64,000 nt of DNA from an uncultured Bacilli bacterium (GTDB taxonomy: Bacteria; Bacillota_I; Bacilli_A; RF39; UBA660), in NCBI GenBank assembly GCA_944350315.1, contig CALVON010000025.1, positions 1,208 to 65,207 of the forward strand, given 5' to 3'. Shown in pieces: positions 40,839 to 52,412 of this stretch (positions are counted from its first letter, which is position 1; the number at the start of each line of letters is the position of its first letter). A program made the position numbers and the translations under genes. The notes below the pieces were generated by a model. That model had not been told where the DNA came from. It made no database searches and saw nothing but the letters and a program-made list of their open reading frames with translations.

Positions 40839-42017
40839 CTATATGTCTATTTTTTTATAATTTTTATCAATTATAACAGTTTCTTTATTATCTATAGCTT
40901 TTTCTATTAGTGATTGATAATCAAAAGTATTTTCATACTCAATAGCTTTTTCTAAATTGGGATTAATAACTGGATGTTTGGGAAGAAAAATTGTGCAGCA
41001 ATCTTCATATGGTAAAATAGATGTTTCATACGTACCTATTTTTTTGGCAATATCTATTATTTCAAGTTTATCAAGGCAGGCAACTGGCCTTATAACAGGT
41101 AAATTAGTTACATTATTTATAACTTGCATACTAGTTAATGTTTGGCTTGCGACTTGTCCAACTGATTCACCATTTATTAATACAAGACATTTTCTTTGTT
41201 TTAAAACTTTTTCAGATATACGATACATCATTCTTCTCATAATGGTAATCATATATGATGGATCTATATTTTTATAAATAGCTTCTTGAAGTTCCGTAAA
41301 ATTAATAATATGTAAACAAATACTTGGTTGATATTTGTTTAGTATACTAACTAGTTCTTTTACTTTATTTTTAGCAGCAACACTAGTATGAGGAGGTGAT
41401 TCAAAGTAGATACATTCTATTTTTATTCCTCTTTTCATAGCCATATAACCAGCTACTGGTGAATCTATTCCTCCTGATAGCATGAGTAAACCTTTACCTG
41501 CTACTCCTAATGGATAACCGCCAAGAGCTTTTATTTCTTTTGAATAAATATATGTATAATCATTGCGAATTTCAATTTTTAATAAATATTCTGGATGATG
41601 TACATCTACTTTTTTATTAGAAATGTTTTTTAATATTAAACCTCCTATCTCTTTAGAAAATTCAATACTATTAATAGGAAATGATTTATCAGCACGATCT
41701 GTTTCTACTTTGAATGTAGAAAAACAAGTATTTTTAGCAATTTCTAAAACACTGTTTTTGATAAGATCAATATTAGTATTAACTTTATATGCTATAACAA
41801 TACTATGTATACCAAAAATATTTTTAATTATATCAATAACTTCTTCTATTTGTTCATCCTTAACAGAAATAAACATTCTCACTCTATTTTTAATTATTTT
41901 AACATCATAATTTGCTAATGATTCTTTTATATTTTCATATATTTTGTTTACAAATAAATTTCTGTTAGCTTTTTTAGTAGTTAATTCTCCATATTTTATA
42001 AGAATTATTTTTTCCAT
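40839..42017 (-). CDS. thiI: tRNA 4-thiouridine synthase
   Basis: IKYGEL, THUMP region, MLSGGIDSPVA, GESVGQVASQT, PYEDCC. Confidence 0.96.
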   Translation of the reverse strand: MEKIILIKYGELTTKKANRNLFVNKIYENIKESLANYDVKIIKNRVRMFISVKDEQIEEVIDIIKNIFGIHSIVIAYKVNTNIDLIKNSVLEIAKNTCFSTFKVETDRADKSFPINSIEFSKEIGGLILKNISNKKVDVHHPEYLLKIEIRNDYTYIYSKEIKALGGYPLGVAGKGLLMLSGGIDSPVAGYMAMKRGIKIECIYFESPPHTSVAAKNKVKELVSILNKYQPSICLHIINFTELQEAIYKNIDPSYMITIMRRMMYRISEKVLKQRKCLVLINGESVGQVASQTLTSMQVINNVTNLPVIRPVACLDKLEIIDIAKKIGTYETSILPYEDCCTIFLPKHPVINPNLEKAIEYENTFDYQSLIEKAIDNKETVIIDKNYKKIDI

Positions 42018-42075
42018 ATATTCACTTCCAATCTCTTATGTATAATAACATAATTATAAAAAAAAGAAAAGACTA

Positions 42076-42582
42076 TCACTTTATCTTCTTTTCATAAAAT
42101 TTATAATAAATTTTTTTTAAGATTAAATAACTAATCGTAGTATAAATAATTGTATTTATTGTACTTTTTAAAATTATATTTAAAAATATTTTCATATCAT
42201 AACTATTATAATGTGTTAGTAAAAGAATTATAAAAGTCATTATGTGATATGTATATATTGCTACCAATGATTTTATATTGATTGTAAATATATTATTAGA
42301 AATATAGTAATCTAGTTGTTTTATGATAAGGTATATTATAATAAAAATAATAACATTTAGTAAAAAGGTGTTAGTATAAACAATATCAAATAAAATAGCT
42401 GTGATAATAATTACTAAAAGATATTTTTTTTGATTTTCAAAATAATCATATATTATAACTATGGATATTATAGAAAAAATAGTTGTTAAATAGCTTAATT
42501 CAATAATATTAGCATTTAAATAAGTTGAAATTAGACCATCTAAAGTAAAAGATAATATAATATATATTAAAATAATAATCAT
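42076..42582 (-). CDS. mreD: Rod shape-determining protein MreD-like
   Basis: Hydrophobic, LFDIVYTN motif, overlaps mreC stop. Confidence 0.7.
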   Translation of the reverse strand: MIIILIYIILSFTLDGLISTYLNANIIELSYLTTIFSIISIVIIYDYFENQKKYLLVIIITAILFDIVYTNTFLLNVIIFIIIYLIIKQLDYYISNNIFTINIKSLVAIYTYHIMTFIILLLTHYNSYDMKIFLNIILKSTINTIIYTTISYLILKKIYYKFYEKKIK

Positions 42583-43430
42583 TTATTTATCTCTTTTCTT
42601 TTTAAGATAGCAACATAATTTATATCATTAAAATCAGCTATAGGGGTAACATCAATTATTTTGGCTAAATCATATTCATCTGTAGAGATTTCGGCTACTT
42701 TTCCTATCAATATACCACTAGGAAAAATTTCTCCTAAACCACTAGTATAGACATAGTCGCCAATATTTATCGTCTCAGTATTACTAATTCCTTCAACTTC
42801 TAAATATTTAGTATTATAATTATATCCTTTAATAAGACCATTTATTTTGTTTTCTCCATTACTTATAGTAATACTTATCTTATTATCAGTTTCTTTTGTA
42901 GTAATTAGTCTGATGTCACTAGTGAACGTTGTTGTCGAAACTACTTTGCCAATCAATCCTTGACTATTTACTACAACCATATCTACTTCAACACCGTTAT
43001 ATGTTCCCTTATCAACAGTAATAGTATTATACCATGAGGCAACATTTCTATAAATAACTGTAGCATTTAAAAAAGAATACTGATTTAGAGTATAATCGAT
43101 AGATAATTCTTCTTTCATAGCTTCTAATTGTTTTCTTAATTCAATATTTTCTGCTTCAAGTGATTCTATTCTAGAAACTTCTGGTAATAAATTTTGATAT
43201 TTTTCTTTAATATTTATTAATTCTTTAAAATCTTCAAATTTATCAATTACAAATCTAAATGGGTAAAAGATAATTTTTTCAACAGAGACAACACTATCTT
43301 TAATTAAAGATTCAAATTTATTTAATTGTCTATCTTCTTTTAAAGTTAAAGAAAAAATAGCAATAATAATAAAAATTAAGATAATAATTAAAATTATAAC
43401 TTGTTTTGTTTGTAATTTATTTTTTTTCAT
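42579..43430 (-). CDS. mreC: Rod shape-determining protein MreC
   Basis: TM + coiled coil, ITVDKG, GLIGKV, TSGLGEIFPSGILIG. Confidence 0.94.
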   Translation of the reverse strand: MKKNKLQTKQVIILIIILIFIIIAIFSLTLKEDRQLNKFESLIKDSVVSVEKIIFYPFRFVIDKFEDFKELINIKEKYQNLLPEVSRIESLEAENIELRKQLEAMKEELSIDYTLNQYSFLNATVIYRNVASWYNTITVDKGTYNGVEVDMVVVNSQGLIGKVVSTTTFTSDIRLITTKETDNKISITISNGENKINGLIKGYNYNTKYLEVEGISNTETINIGDYVYTSGLGEIFPSGILIGKVAEISTDEYDLAKIIDVTPIADFNDINYVAILKRKEINK

Positions 43431-43482
43431 TGTCTCTCCTTTTCTTAATTATTATTATTAGCAATTAATGATAAATGAATAC

Positions 43483-44511
43483 TTAGAGATTAATATTAGG
43501 AATTAATTCATCTTGATAAAGGCAAATCTTCCCACTTTTTAAATTTTTTAAAATATCTAATTCATTTATTTTTACAAAATTCTTTTCACGATAATTATAA
43601 CCATAATGACAATTATTATAAGTTATCATAATAAAATGATTTTTATTTTTATTATTTAAATATAAATTATTTATCTTTATATCATAATTAGGACAATATT
43701 TGTCAAATAAATATTTATATATGATTGATAATTCAGTTGGTTTAATTATATTTAGATTTAATATTTTTTCAGTCGTCGTTAAGATTTTTTGAACGCAATC
43801 TTCTCTAGTATAATCAATACTTCTTAATGATTTATCAAGATAGTAATCGTTATATTTATTCTTTATATATTTTATTTTTCTATCTAATTCTAAACTATCA
43901 TTATAAGTTGAGAAAAATCTTGTTTGCATTTGAGCTTGTATATATGGTATATCTTTAAATAAATCTACTAATAATATTTGATTATTAATATTTAAACGAT
44001 TTAAAACATCTTTAGTATTATTATCAACAACTAATGTTATATCAATATCTAGTCGACGACATAAATAATAGTATATTTTTGAAGCACTCTTATCATTTAC
44101 TTTTCCTATTGCTAAACTTCCCCATAAATTATTAATATTATTTATTAAAGATAGATGACATAGTTCTATTTTATCTTCTGAAATATTGTTATCAAAAGAA
44201 ACAAACTTGGCAATGGCAATATATAAATATCTAGCAATTTCTAGCTCATTTAAGTCTTTTGGCATATTGGCATAAATAACATCAATTATTGATTCTGCTT
44301 TAACAAATTGTTCATAATTAATATATATATATCCTAAATTTCCATCAATAGTTTCTGAATATAAATAATTATTTCCATTATTTATAAAGTATGAAATAAT
44401 TTCATGATTATAATTTGTAATATCAATATTAATATATTTTGTATTGTCGTTTATTTTATCAATATCGCTTATATCAGAAACATGAACTACCAAAGACTTG
44501 TTAGCTTTCAT
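43483..44511 (-). CDS. Hypothetical protein, possibly degenerate transglutaminase-like fold
   Basis: LNELEIARYLY...SKIYYYLCRRLDID pattern without an obvious catalytic Cys. Confidence 0.45.
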   Translation of the reverse strand: MKANKSLVVHVSDISDIDKINDNTKYINIDITNYNHEIISYFINNGNNYLYSETIDGNLGYIYINYEQFVKAESIIDVIYANMPKDLNELEIARYLYIAIAKFVSFDNNISEDKIELCHLSLINNINNLWGSLAIGKVNDKSASKIYYYLCRRLDIDITLVVDNNTKDVLNRLNINNQILLVDLFKDIPYIQAQMQTRFFSTYNDSLELDRKIKYIKNKYNDYYLDKSLRSIDYTREDCVQKILTTTEKILNLNIIKPTELSIIYKYLFDKYCPNYDIKINNLYLNNKNKNHFIMITYNNCHYGYNYREKNFVKINELDILKNLKSGKICLYQDELIPNINL

Positions 44512-44591
44512 ATTATCACCATAATATAATTATATATCATGTAGTTAACTTTGTAAATATTCAAAAAGAAAAAGAACCTAAATATAAAATT

Positions 44592-46199
44592 TTATATTGT
44601 AGGATCTTCAGTACCCATTAAATAATCATCTAATCCAGTATCTTCTAATAACTCCATAATACCATCATTTTCAAATAATTTTAATAATATTTCATAAATA
44701 TCATCTTCTGTTAAGTCATCAATTAAAACTGCATTATCAGTTGATAGTTTATCAACACCTTTTGTTGTATCAATTTTACTATTTAAATTAAATTTAAAAC
44801 TGATTTCTTCTTCTAGATTATCTATATTTAATGAAATATCAATTTCTTCTTCCGTTAATTTATTTATTGTCAAATCGCTTTGATATACTAAAGTATAATT
44901 TTCACTGTATTCAAAGTGGTAAGAACTTTCTTTTTTTGTTAATTCAATTTGTTCTTTTTCACCATCATCTATTTCTAGTTTTATAAATTCATTGTTGAAT
45001 ATACTTAAATAAATGGAAACTTTTGTTATATCATCATTTAAATTAGATAGTGTTTCGTTTAGGGAATCAGTTAATTCTTCAGGAGTAGTTCCATATATGT
45101 TAGCATAACTTTCAATAAATTTTTCATCATTTAACAACTTTGTTATTACTGTTTCTTTAAACTTTTTATCTAAATCAACGGTTATTTTTTTCACATTTTC
45201 ATTATCTACTTTAGTATATTCTTTAGTATATTTAGCATTTTCTAAAGTTTCTCTTACTGCTTTTGTAAATGAATTTAGAACAATTTGATAATCTTGACTA
45301 TTTATATCAATATCTTCTTCTGATATTTCAGATGTTGATTCTACTTTTAAAACCTGACTATATAGGTCTTTTAAGTATATATAACTATTACCATTTTCTT
45401 CTAGTTCTAGAAGCATCTGAATACTTGGTAATTGATTATCTTTGTATAATGTATTTAATATAATAGAGCCTTGATTATCAGTTTTACTATAACCTATTCT
45501 TCCAGAAAAACTTAAATCATTTAAAATATCATATATGTATTGTTCTTCTTGATTATTTGATATTATATCAAGATCTATAGAATATTCATAATTATATTGT
45601 TCATATTCTTCGGTATTTCCATTTTGGATTAAAGATAATGCATTATCGTAAGTTTTTAAAAATAATTTTTGTGGGTTATCCAATACAAAATAATAAATTG
45701 CACACCCAGCAATAATTAAAACTAAAAGTATCATAATTATAATTAAAGCTATTGGCTTTTTCTTTGGTTCTACAAAACTATCATCCATTTTACTTTCAGT
45801 TGGTGGAAGATTATTACCTCCCTGAGAAATATTATTTAATGTAGGTTGCGTAGATTTTTCTATACTACTAGTTTCTACATTATTTATAGTTTGGTCTCCT
45901 GTTACTCCATTTATATTATTATTTTCAGTATTTAGAGAGACATCATTTAGAGAAACATTGTTTGTATCTTGATTACTTGTAAATGGAAAACTTCCGCCCT
46001 GACTAGGTTGGTTTGATATTGGCTCTTGCCTAACTTCACTTGATTGAATATTTTCATTTAATGGACTTTGATTAATCATACTACTAATAGTTTTGGGTGC
46101 GTTTAAATCATTTATATCACTACTAGGATATTGATTAACATTTTGTGTATTTAGATTATTTTCTGGAGTTTGATTATTATTTAGATTATTATCATTCAT
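44592..46199 (-). CDS. Membrane protein with Asn/Gln-rich disordered N-terminus and acidic extracellular domain
   Basis: Low-complexity N-terminus, single TM after KKKP. Confidence 0.7.
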   Translation of the reverse strand: MNDNNLNNNQTPENNLNTQNVNQYPSSDINDLNAPKTISSMINQSPLNENIQSSEVRQEPISNQPSQGGSFPFTSNQDTNNVSLNDVSLNTENNNINGVTGDQTINNVETSSIEKSTQPTLNNISQGGNNLPPTESKMDDSFVEPKKKPIALIIIMILLVLIIAGCAIYYFVLDNPQKLFLKTYDNALSLIQNGNTEEYEQYNYEYSIDLDIISNNQEEQYIYDILNDLSFSGRIGYSKTDNQGSIILNTLYKDNQLPSIQMLLELEENGNSYIYLKDLYSQVLKVESTSEISEEDIDINSQDYQIVLNSFTKAVRETLENAKYTKEYTKVDNENVKKITVDLDKKFKETVITKLLNDEKFIESYANIYGTTPEELTDSLNETLSNLNDDITKVSIYLSIFNNEFIKLEIDDGEKEQIELTKKESSYHFEYSENYTLVYQSDLTINKLTEEEIDISLNIDNLEEEISFKFNLNSKIDTTKGVDKLSTDNAVLIDDLTEDDIYEILLKLFENDGIMELLEDTGLDDYLMGTEDPTI

Positions 46200-46317
46200 T
46201 TTACTTCCCTCTTTCTATTTTATTAATTTTATTTTATCATAGATGTATTATTTTTTCAAACAAAATTATACTTTAATCGACATTTTTAAATAATTGCAAT
46301 AAAAAAGAAAGTATTTT

Positions 46318-46875
46318 TTACTTTCTTGATACATATTTACCGTCTTTAGTAGAAACAATAATTTCTTCTCCTTGTTCTATAAAAAGTGGTACTTTTACTA
46401 ATAGTCCAGTCTCAATTATAGCATCTTTAGTAGCATTAGTAGCAGTATTTCCTTTTATTGCAGGTTCTGTTTCTGTAATGACATAGTCTATTTTTTCTGG
46501 TAATTCTATTCCTAACATTTCTCCTTCATAAAAGAAAATCAATACTTCTAATCCTTCTTTTAAAAATTTTGCTTCATTTTCAATTTGACTTTTTGTTAAA
46601 TCTACTTGTTCATAGGTATTCATATTCATAAATGTATATGAACCACCATTTTCATATAGATATTGCATTTTAATTTTTTCAACATGAGCTGCTGGAACCT
46701 TAATTCCAGAATTGAAAGTTTGTTCTATTATTGATCCAGTTCTTAAATTTTTTAATTTGGTTTTTACAATAGCTGCTCCTTTTCCAGGCTTTACATGTTG
46801 AAACTCTAGAACTTGATATAAATTATTGTCATAACTTATAGTCATCCCTGTTTTAAAGTCATTAACATTTATCAT
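46318..46875 (-). CDS. efp: Elongation factor P
   Basis: [23 protein letters not shown]. Confidence 0.97.
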   Translation of the reverse strand: MINVNDFKTGMTISYDNNLYQVLEFQHVKPGKGAAIVKTKLKNLRTGSIIEQTFNSGIKVPAAHVEKIKMQYLYENGGSYTFMNMNTYEQVDLTKSQIENEAKFLKEGLEVLIFFYEGEMLGIELPEKIDYVITETEPAIKGNTATNATKDAIIETGLLVKVPLFIEQGEEIIVSTKDGKYVSRK

Positions 46876-46893
46876 AATTTATTCCTTTCTTAA

Positions 46894-47061
46894 TTATTTT
46901 TTTTCTTTATGTGTTGTGTTTTTACGACATTTAGGACAATATTTATTTAGTTCTAAACGTTCAGTGGTATTTTTTTTATTTTTACTAACAGTATAGTTTG
47001 GAGTTTTACATTCTTCGCATACTAATGATACTAAAACTCTATTTTCATTTTTCTTTGCCAT
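46894..47061 (-). CDS. rpmG: 50S ribosomal protein L33 (zinc-binding type)
   Basis: Not in ORF track; [63 protein letters not shown]. Confidence 0.95.
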   Translation of the reverse strand: MAKKNENRVLVSLVCEECKTPNYTVSKNKKNTTERLELNKYCPKCRKNTTHKEKK

Positions 47062-47151
47062 GATTTCCCTCCTTCAAAATATCAATGGTATTATAACATA
47101 AATTAACTAATTTAGACAACTATTTTCTAATCCTTATATATTTTTTTATCT

Positions 47152-49287
47152 TTATTTATAAAATTCATAATATTTATTAACCATTTTAGCTGATATTCTT
47201 TTTGTCACTAAACTTTGATAATTAGAATTAGGTGTACTAATATCTGGTGAAACAACAACAATGCTCATTTTAGGATTTTCACTTGGAGAATATCCTACAA
47301 AAGCAGTAGTAATAGTTTCTGTATCTACTACACCATTATTATCTGTGTCTATAAAACTTTGACTAGTTCCGGTTTTTCCACTTGAATTAGTATAATTACC
47401 CATATAGCCGTATCCTAAGCCATCTGTTACTACTTGATTAAATCCTAATCGAACGCGGTCAAGGTATTTTTTTTCAATATCAACAGTCCCTAAAACTTCT
47501 TTTTCACTTGCATAGATGAGTTCTCCAAAGGTTTCATCTTTGTTTGCCGATGGAGAATAAACTTCTTTTAAAAGATATGGTTTTAATCTTGATCCGCCAT
47601 TTGCAATTGTGTTGATATATTGCGATAATTGAATAGGAGTGTATGTATCATATTGACCAATTGAAAAATCTAAAAGATGTCCTGGTAAAGTCGAGGTACC
47701 AGTATATCCTAGACTTTCTACAGGTAAATCAATACCTGTTTTTACTCCAAGCCCAAAAGAAGCATACATACTTCGATACTTTTCAAAAGCTCTTTCATCT
47801 ATTTTTAAGGCTTCATTGTACTGATAATTACCATTTCCTACTTTTATAGCAATTTTATATTGATAAACATTAGATGAGTATCTTAATGCATATAAGTCAT
47901 CAATATCTCCTAAAGTTTTCCAAGAGCATTTTTCCGGTGTATCTTTTATTTTTATACATTCATCCGTTAGAACATCACCAATATCGATAGCTCCATATTT
48001 ATATCCGACTAGCATAGAAGCTCCTTTTACAACTGAACCAGGCGTTACTGGTAAGGTAACAATTCCTGGAGTATAGTCAACAACTTCTTTTTCCCCTTTA
48101 TCATTTTCTCTAACTTGTTTTCCTGACATGGCTAATATTTCTCCAGTATTGGGATTGGAAATAATTGCAAAAGAACGATTATAATAAGTTGTATTTGGTT
48201 CATAAGTAGCATTTAAAACCTCTTCTTTTAAAGTATCTTCAAGATATTTTTGAAGCTCAATATCAATAGTCAAAACGATATCATTTCCACGTTTTCCAAA
48301 ACTAACTAATTCGTAGTTGTTATTTTCGCCAATTTTATAAATTGGTTTGGTTCCTTTTAAATAATCTTCATATTGATATTCAAGGTAACTTATTCCTACC
48401 CGATCATCTAGACTATAACCTTTTTCTAAATAAATACTTGCCAATTCTTCCGGTATTCCTTGAGTATCGGAGGAAACTGTTCCTAATATTGATTTAAATA
48501 CGTCCCCATATAAATAAATTCTTTCCCAATCTAATTTAGTATTAAAACCTTTTAAATTGTCAATATTTTCACTAATTTTTGCATATTCTTCATCGGTAAC
48601 ATCTTTATTTTTAATAATTTTTTCAGCATAAGAATATCCTTTATTCATTAAATAATATATGTATGCTGCTTCTTTATCTATTTCATTATAGTCAGCTAAA
48701 TCCTCTTCTGTAATCCTTTCAAAAATTAAATCTTCAATATCACCATCATCAAGTTTTCTTTTACTATAATCATCCCATTCTTTTTCAGTTATTAAATCTT
48801 TACATTTTTCAATATTATTTTGATAATAAAAATTTTTTAAACGATAGGTAGATAAATTACTATAATCAATATCTAACATTTGGCCAACAGTATATGCCAA
48901 TTCTATTTCTTCTTTAGTAGTAATTCCAGTTTGTTTTTTGTAATAAATTGTTTTTATAGCCTCATTATCTACTAATAAATTATAATTTCTATCATATATT
49001 CTTCCTCTAGGGGCACTAGAGCCTTCCACTGTTTTTTCAGTAGCAATAGACAATTTATCTAAATAAGTCTCATAATCAATAATTTGAAGTTTAAATAAAC
49101 GAGATGATATAAATAGAAAAAAGATAAGAAATAAAAATTCAATTAAAAGATATCTTTTATGAATTATTTTATCAAGGTTTTTATTATCTACTTTATTTTT
49201 TTTATTAATTGGTTTAAGTTTGTTTTGTTTTTTTACTTTTTTACTTTTAGTAATTCTATTTATTCGTTTATGTTTAATTATGCTCAT
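47152..49287 (-). CDS. Class B penicillin-binding protein (PbpA/YqgF-like)
   Basis: APRGRIYDRN, PGSVVK, YSSNVY, GKTGTSQ. Confidence 0.93.
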   Translation of the reverse strand: MSIIKHKRINRITKSKKVKKQNKLKPINKKNKVDNKNLDKIIHKRYLLIEFLFLIFFLFISSRLFKLQIIDYETYLDKLSIATEKTVEGSSAPRGRIYDRNYNLLVDNEAIKTIYYKKQTGITTKEEIELAYTVGQMLDIDYSNLSTYRLKNFYYQNNIEKCKDLITEKEWDDYSKRKLDDGDIEDLIFERITEEDLADYNEIDKEAAYIYYLMNKGYSYAEKIIKNKDVTDEEYAKISENIDNLKGFNTKLDWERIYLYGDVFKSILGTVSSDTQGIPEELASIYLEKGYSLDDRVGISYLEYQYEDYLKGTKPIYKIGENNNYELVSFGKRGNDIVLTIDIELQKYLEDTLKEEVLNATYEPNTTYYNRSFAIISNPNTGEILAMSGKQVRENDKGEKEVVDYTPGIVTLPVTPGSVVKGASMLVGYKYGAIDIGDVLTDECIKIKDTPEKCSWKTLGDIDDLYALRYSSNVYQYKIAIKVGNGNYQYNEALKIDERAFEKYRSMYASFGLGVKTGIDLPVESLGYTGTSTLPGHLLDFSIGQYDTYTPIQLSQYINTIANGGSRLKPYLLKEVYSPSANKDETFGELIYASEKEVLGTVDIEKKYLDRVRLGFNQVVTDGLGYGYMGNYTNSSGKTGTSQSFIDTDNNGVVDTETITTAFVGYSPSENPKMSIVVVSPDISTPNSNYQSLVTKRISAKMVNKYYEFYK

Positions 49288-49374
49288 TGTATCTATCCTT
49301 TCATGATTATGATTTCTTATTATTTATTATATCATAAAATCTATCATTTATCATAAATTTAATTAGGTGAGAAT

Positions 49375-49635
49375 ATGAATAAGCTATTTATTTATCAATA
49401 TGTTATGAATATTAAAAAAAGTGATATTTATAATTTTGGTTTGAAGCAAGGAATAAAACTAGATGAAGAGGAATTAGCTCTTTTAGATAATTATATAAAA
49501 AATGATTTTAAAAAAATTATCGATAATCCTGAAAGAATATTAATGGATGCTAAAAATAAATTAAAAGTAAGTACTTATAATAAATTACTTGAGTTATATG
49601 ATACTTATAAAGAAAAATTAGCATTATTAAAATAA
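49375..49635 (+). CDS. DUF2624/YqfT-like small protein
   Basis: 86 aa next to nfo; DIYNFGLKQGIKL motif. Confidence 0.5.
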   Translation: MNKLFIYQYVMNIKKSDIYNFGLKQGIKLDEEELALLDNYIKNDFKKIIDNPERILMDAKNKLKVSTYNKLLELYDTYKEKLALLK

Positions 49636-49645
49636 AAGATAAGAA

Positions 49646-50557
49646 CTATTCATTATTTCTTATCTTTTCTAATAACTTATTATCAAATTCTTTGTTTTTT
49701 ATCATTTTTATTTCGTATTTATATGGAGGATATATTTTTTCTTTATCATTATCACTTAATGCTACATAAGGTGTTTCTAAAATTCTAGGAATATCTTTTA
49801 ATCTTTCATTATATATAATATCAATTAGGGTATTAAAGCCAATATTTCCTAAACCAATATTTTCATGACGGTCTTTATGTGATCCTGATAAATTTTTGGA
49901 ATCATTTATATGTATGCATTTAATGTATTTAATTCCTATTTCTTTATCAAAATCATCTAAATAGGCATCAAAGTTATTTAAATCAACGCCACTATCAAAC
50001 AAATGACAAGTATCTAGGCAAACTCCTATTTTATCTTTGAATTTTACTTTTTCAATTATTTCTTTCAATTCTTCAAGTGTAGAGCCTATTTCAGTACCTT
50101 TACCAGCCATAGTTTCTAGTAAAATAGTAACATCTTTATCATTATCTAGTATAATATTTAGTCCATCTATAATACTATTTAAAGCCTGCTCTTTGGTGTA
50201 TGAAACAGATGCTCCTGGATGAAGAACCATATACTTAATTCCTAGAGTTGATGCTCTTTCTATTTCACCTTGTAAAAAAGAAACAGAAAAATCAAAATTA
50301 GCTAAATTACCCAAATTAACAATGTAGGGAGCATGAATAATTATTTTTGATAAATCTATACTATTTTCTTTCATAAGTTGATATGCTTCGTATGTTAAAT
50401 TATCATCTAATGGTAATCTTTTAGTATTTTGAGGGGCACCAGTATAAAACATAAATGTGTTGGCACCATATGATAGTGCTTCTTTGACAGACCCCAAAAG
50501 TTGTTCTTTACTTGAAAATCCTACATGGGATCCTATTATTAAATCTTCTTTTTTCAT
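49646..50557 (-). CDS. nfo: Endonuclease IV
   Basis: IGSHV, HAPYIVN, LETMAGKG, CLDTCH, HINDSK, KDRHE, LETP. Confidence 0.96.
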   Translation of the reverse strand: MKKEDLIIGSHVGFSSKEQLLGSVKEALSYGANTFMFYTGAPQNTKRLPLDDNLTYEAYQLMKENSIDLSKIIIHAPYIVNLGNLANFDFSVSFLQGEIERASTLGIKYMVLHPGASVSYTKEQALNSIIDGLNIILDNDKDVTILLETMAGKGTEIGSTLEELKEIIEKVKFKDKIGVCLDTCHLFDSGVDLNNFDAYLDDFDKEIGIKYIKCIHINDSKNLSGSHKDRHENIGLGNIGFNTLIDIIYNERLKDIPRILETPYVALSDNDKEKIYPPYKYEIKMIKNKEFDNKLLEKIRNNE

Positions 50558-50603
50558 ATAATTCCTTCTTCTTAATAAAAAAAGATTATTAACTAATCAT
50601 TTT

Positions 50604-51098
50604 CTATTGACAATTACCACCTTTTACTTGATTATTGTTAGTTCCTTGATTTCCATGTCCTGCATAGTCGCCAGTTTCGTTAGCAGTTAGAGTTACACAT
50701 GCTCTTCCTTGATTAAATGTTACTGTTATTGATGAAACATTCCCTGTCTTTAAACCAGCAGCCATAATTAAATTAGCATCTGATGATGGTTCAGGATTTT
50801 CTATTGTCGATGAGGGACCACCACATGCACCATTTCCACTAGTTTTATTTACACCACTACAAAAACTAGCATAATTAGTATCAACAGCAGAAATATTTAT
50901 ATCTCCTACTAATGATGATTGATACTGTCTATCAAACCAATCAGCAGCAGTGTCAGCGGCAGTTTGAAATGCTTTTGATTTAGTATTATCTATAGTAGTT
51001 AGGATGGCAGGAATTGAAATACCTACTACTATTGCTAGGATAATAATTACTGCTAATAATTCTACTAATGTAAATCCTTTATTATTCAATTTTCTCAT
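50604..51098 (-). CDS. Type IV pilin
   Basis: MRKLNNKG/FTLVELLAVIIILAI class III signal; four Cys; start behind GGAGG. Confidence 0.9.
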   Translation of the reverse strand: MRKLNNKGFTLVELLAVIIILAIVVGISIPAILTTIDNTKSKAFQTAADTAADWFDRQYQSSLVGDINISAVDTNYASFCSGVNKTSGNGACGGPSSTIENPEPSSDANLIMAAGLKTGNVSSITVTFNQGRACVTLTANETGDYAGHGNQGTNNNQVKGGNCQ

Positions 51099-51173
51099 TT
51101 TTTTATCCTCCTTATATAATAAAAATATATCATATAAGGTGATTATTGTCAATTACAAATACTTGTATTTTAT

Positions 51174-51722
51174 TTATTCTTTAATAAATATACTTATTGA
51201 TTTATTACCATAATTTCTTTCTTTATATAGGGTTAAATTGTGATATTTATTTAAAAATTTTAAATTGTGATGTTCTAGAATAAGTAGGCCATTATCTTTT
51301 AATAAATTTAAGGTAAATACCTTTTCAATAATTTTTTCATATACATTATAATCATATGGTGGATCTATAAAAATTAAATCAAAAGTTATATTTCTACTAC
51401 TAAAATCATTTAATGCTTTTTTCCAATCTGATAAAATAATTGTTGATTGACTTTCTATATTTAAATTTTTAATATTATTTTTTAATATTTTGATAGCTTC
51501 TTTATTATTATCTATAAAATAGCAATGCTTTGTTCCATTTGATATAGCTTCTATTCCTAAATTTCCTGACCCCGCAAATAAATCTAAAGTAATACTATTT
51601 TTTATTTTGTCTTGAATCATTGCAAACAATGATTCTTTAACACGATTCATTGTTGGCCTTGTGCCATCAATATTATATCCTTCGATGTTTCTTCCTTTTA
51701 AATTTCCACTTATTATTTTCAT
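51174..51722 (-). CDS. rsmD: 16S rRNA m2G966 methyltransferase
   Basis: RPTMNRVKESLF, LDLFAGSG, FIDPPY. Confidence 0.94.
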   Translation of the reverse strand: MKIISGNLKGRNIEGYNIDGTRPTMNRVKESLFAMIQDKIKNSITLDLFAGSGNLGIEAISNGTKHCYFIDNNKEAIKILKNNIKNLNIESQSTIILSDWKKALNDFSSRNITFDLIFIDPPYDYNVYEKIIEKVFTLNLLKDNGLLILEHHNLKFLNKYHNLTLYKERNYGNKSISIFIKE

Positions 51723-51732
51723 ACTTACATCA

Positions 51733-52401
51733 TTATCCCTTTATCATAACAATTAAATAATTTCTTTTATCAGTATGATTATAGCGATATGAATAAAAGA
51801 TATCATTGTGGCAATAAGTACATACATTATTATTAAATATATGTTCTTTTAAAACTCCGGTTTTTATTGCATCATCAATTACTATTTGTGGAAGATCAAG
51901 ATAATATTTTTCATTTTTTTTAATAGCATATTCTTTAATATTTGCTAATTTTTGAGCAAATTGATCATATACATCTTTGCCAATTTCAAAATGACACTTT
52001 TTAATTGATGGATATAAATAAAGATATAGGGCTTTAGGATTAGAAGAAAAGTTATCAATCATACTATTGATTGTTTTTTCGATTATACTATTTAGCGTTC
52101 CTTTCCATCCTGAATGAATAGCACCAATAATTTTTTGCTTTTTATCATAAATTACCATAGGAATACAATCGGCGGTTCTAATTACTAAAGCGTAATTAGG
52201 TATTTTAGTAATAAAAGCATCACCATCTTTCTTATCTTGATAATTTTCATCTGCAATATGCACAATGTTTGAATGTATTTGATTTAAACAGAAATAATTT
52301 TTAATATTTAATTTTTTTAAGGCAGTAGATAAATCATATTCTTTTGTTGTAAAAAAATTAATTATATCTTTATCTATATCATAACTTATTAATTTTTCCA
52401 T
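51733..52401 (-). CDS. pgeF: PgeF/YfiH (YlmD) family protein
   Basis: QIHS, TADCIP, HSGWKG, CTYC...YSYR. Confidence 0.9.
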   Translation of the reverse strand: MEKLISYDIDKDIINFFTTKEYDLSTALKKLNIKNYFCLNQIHSNIVHIADENYQDKKDGDAFITKIPNYALVIRTADCIPMVIYDKKQKIIGAIHSGWKGTLNSIIEKTINSMIDNFSSNPKALYLYLYPSIKKCHFEIGKDVYDQFAQKLANIKEYAIKKNEKYYLDLPQIVIDDAIKTGVLKEHIFNNNVCTYCHNDIFYSYRYNHTDKRNYLIVMIKG

Positions 52402-52412
52402 ATTACTCCTTT

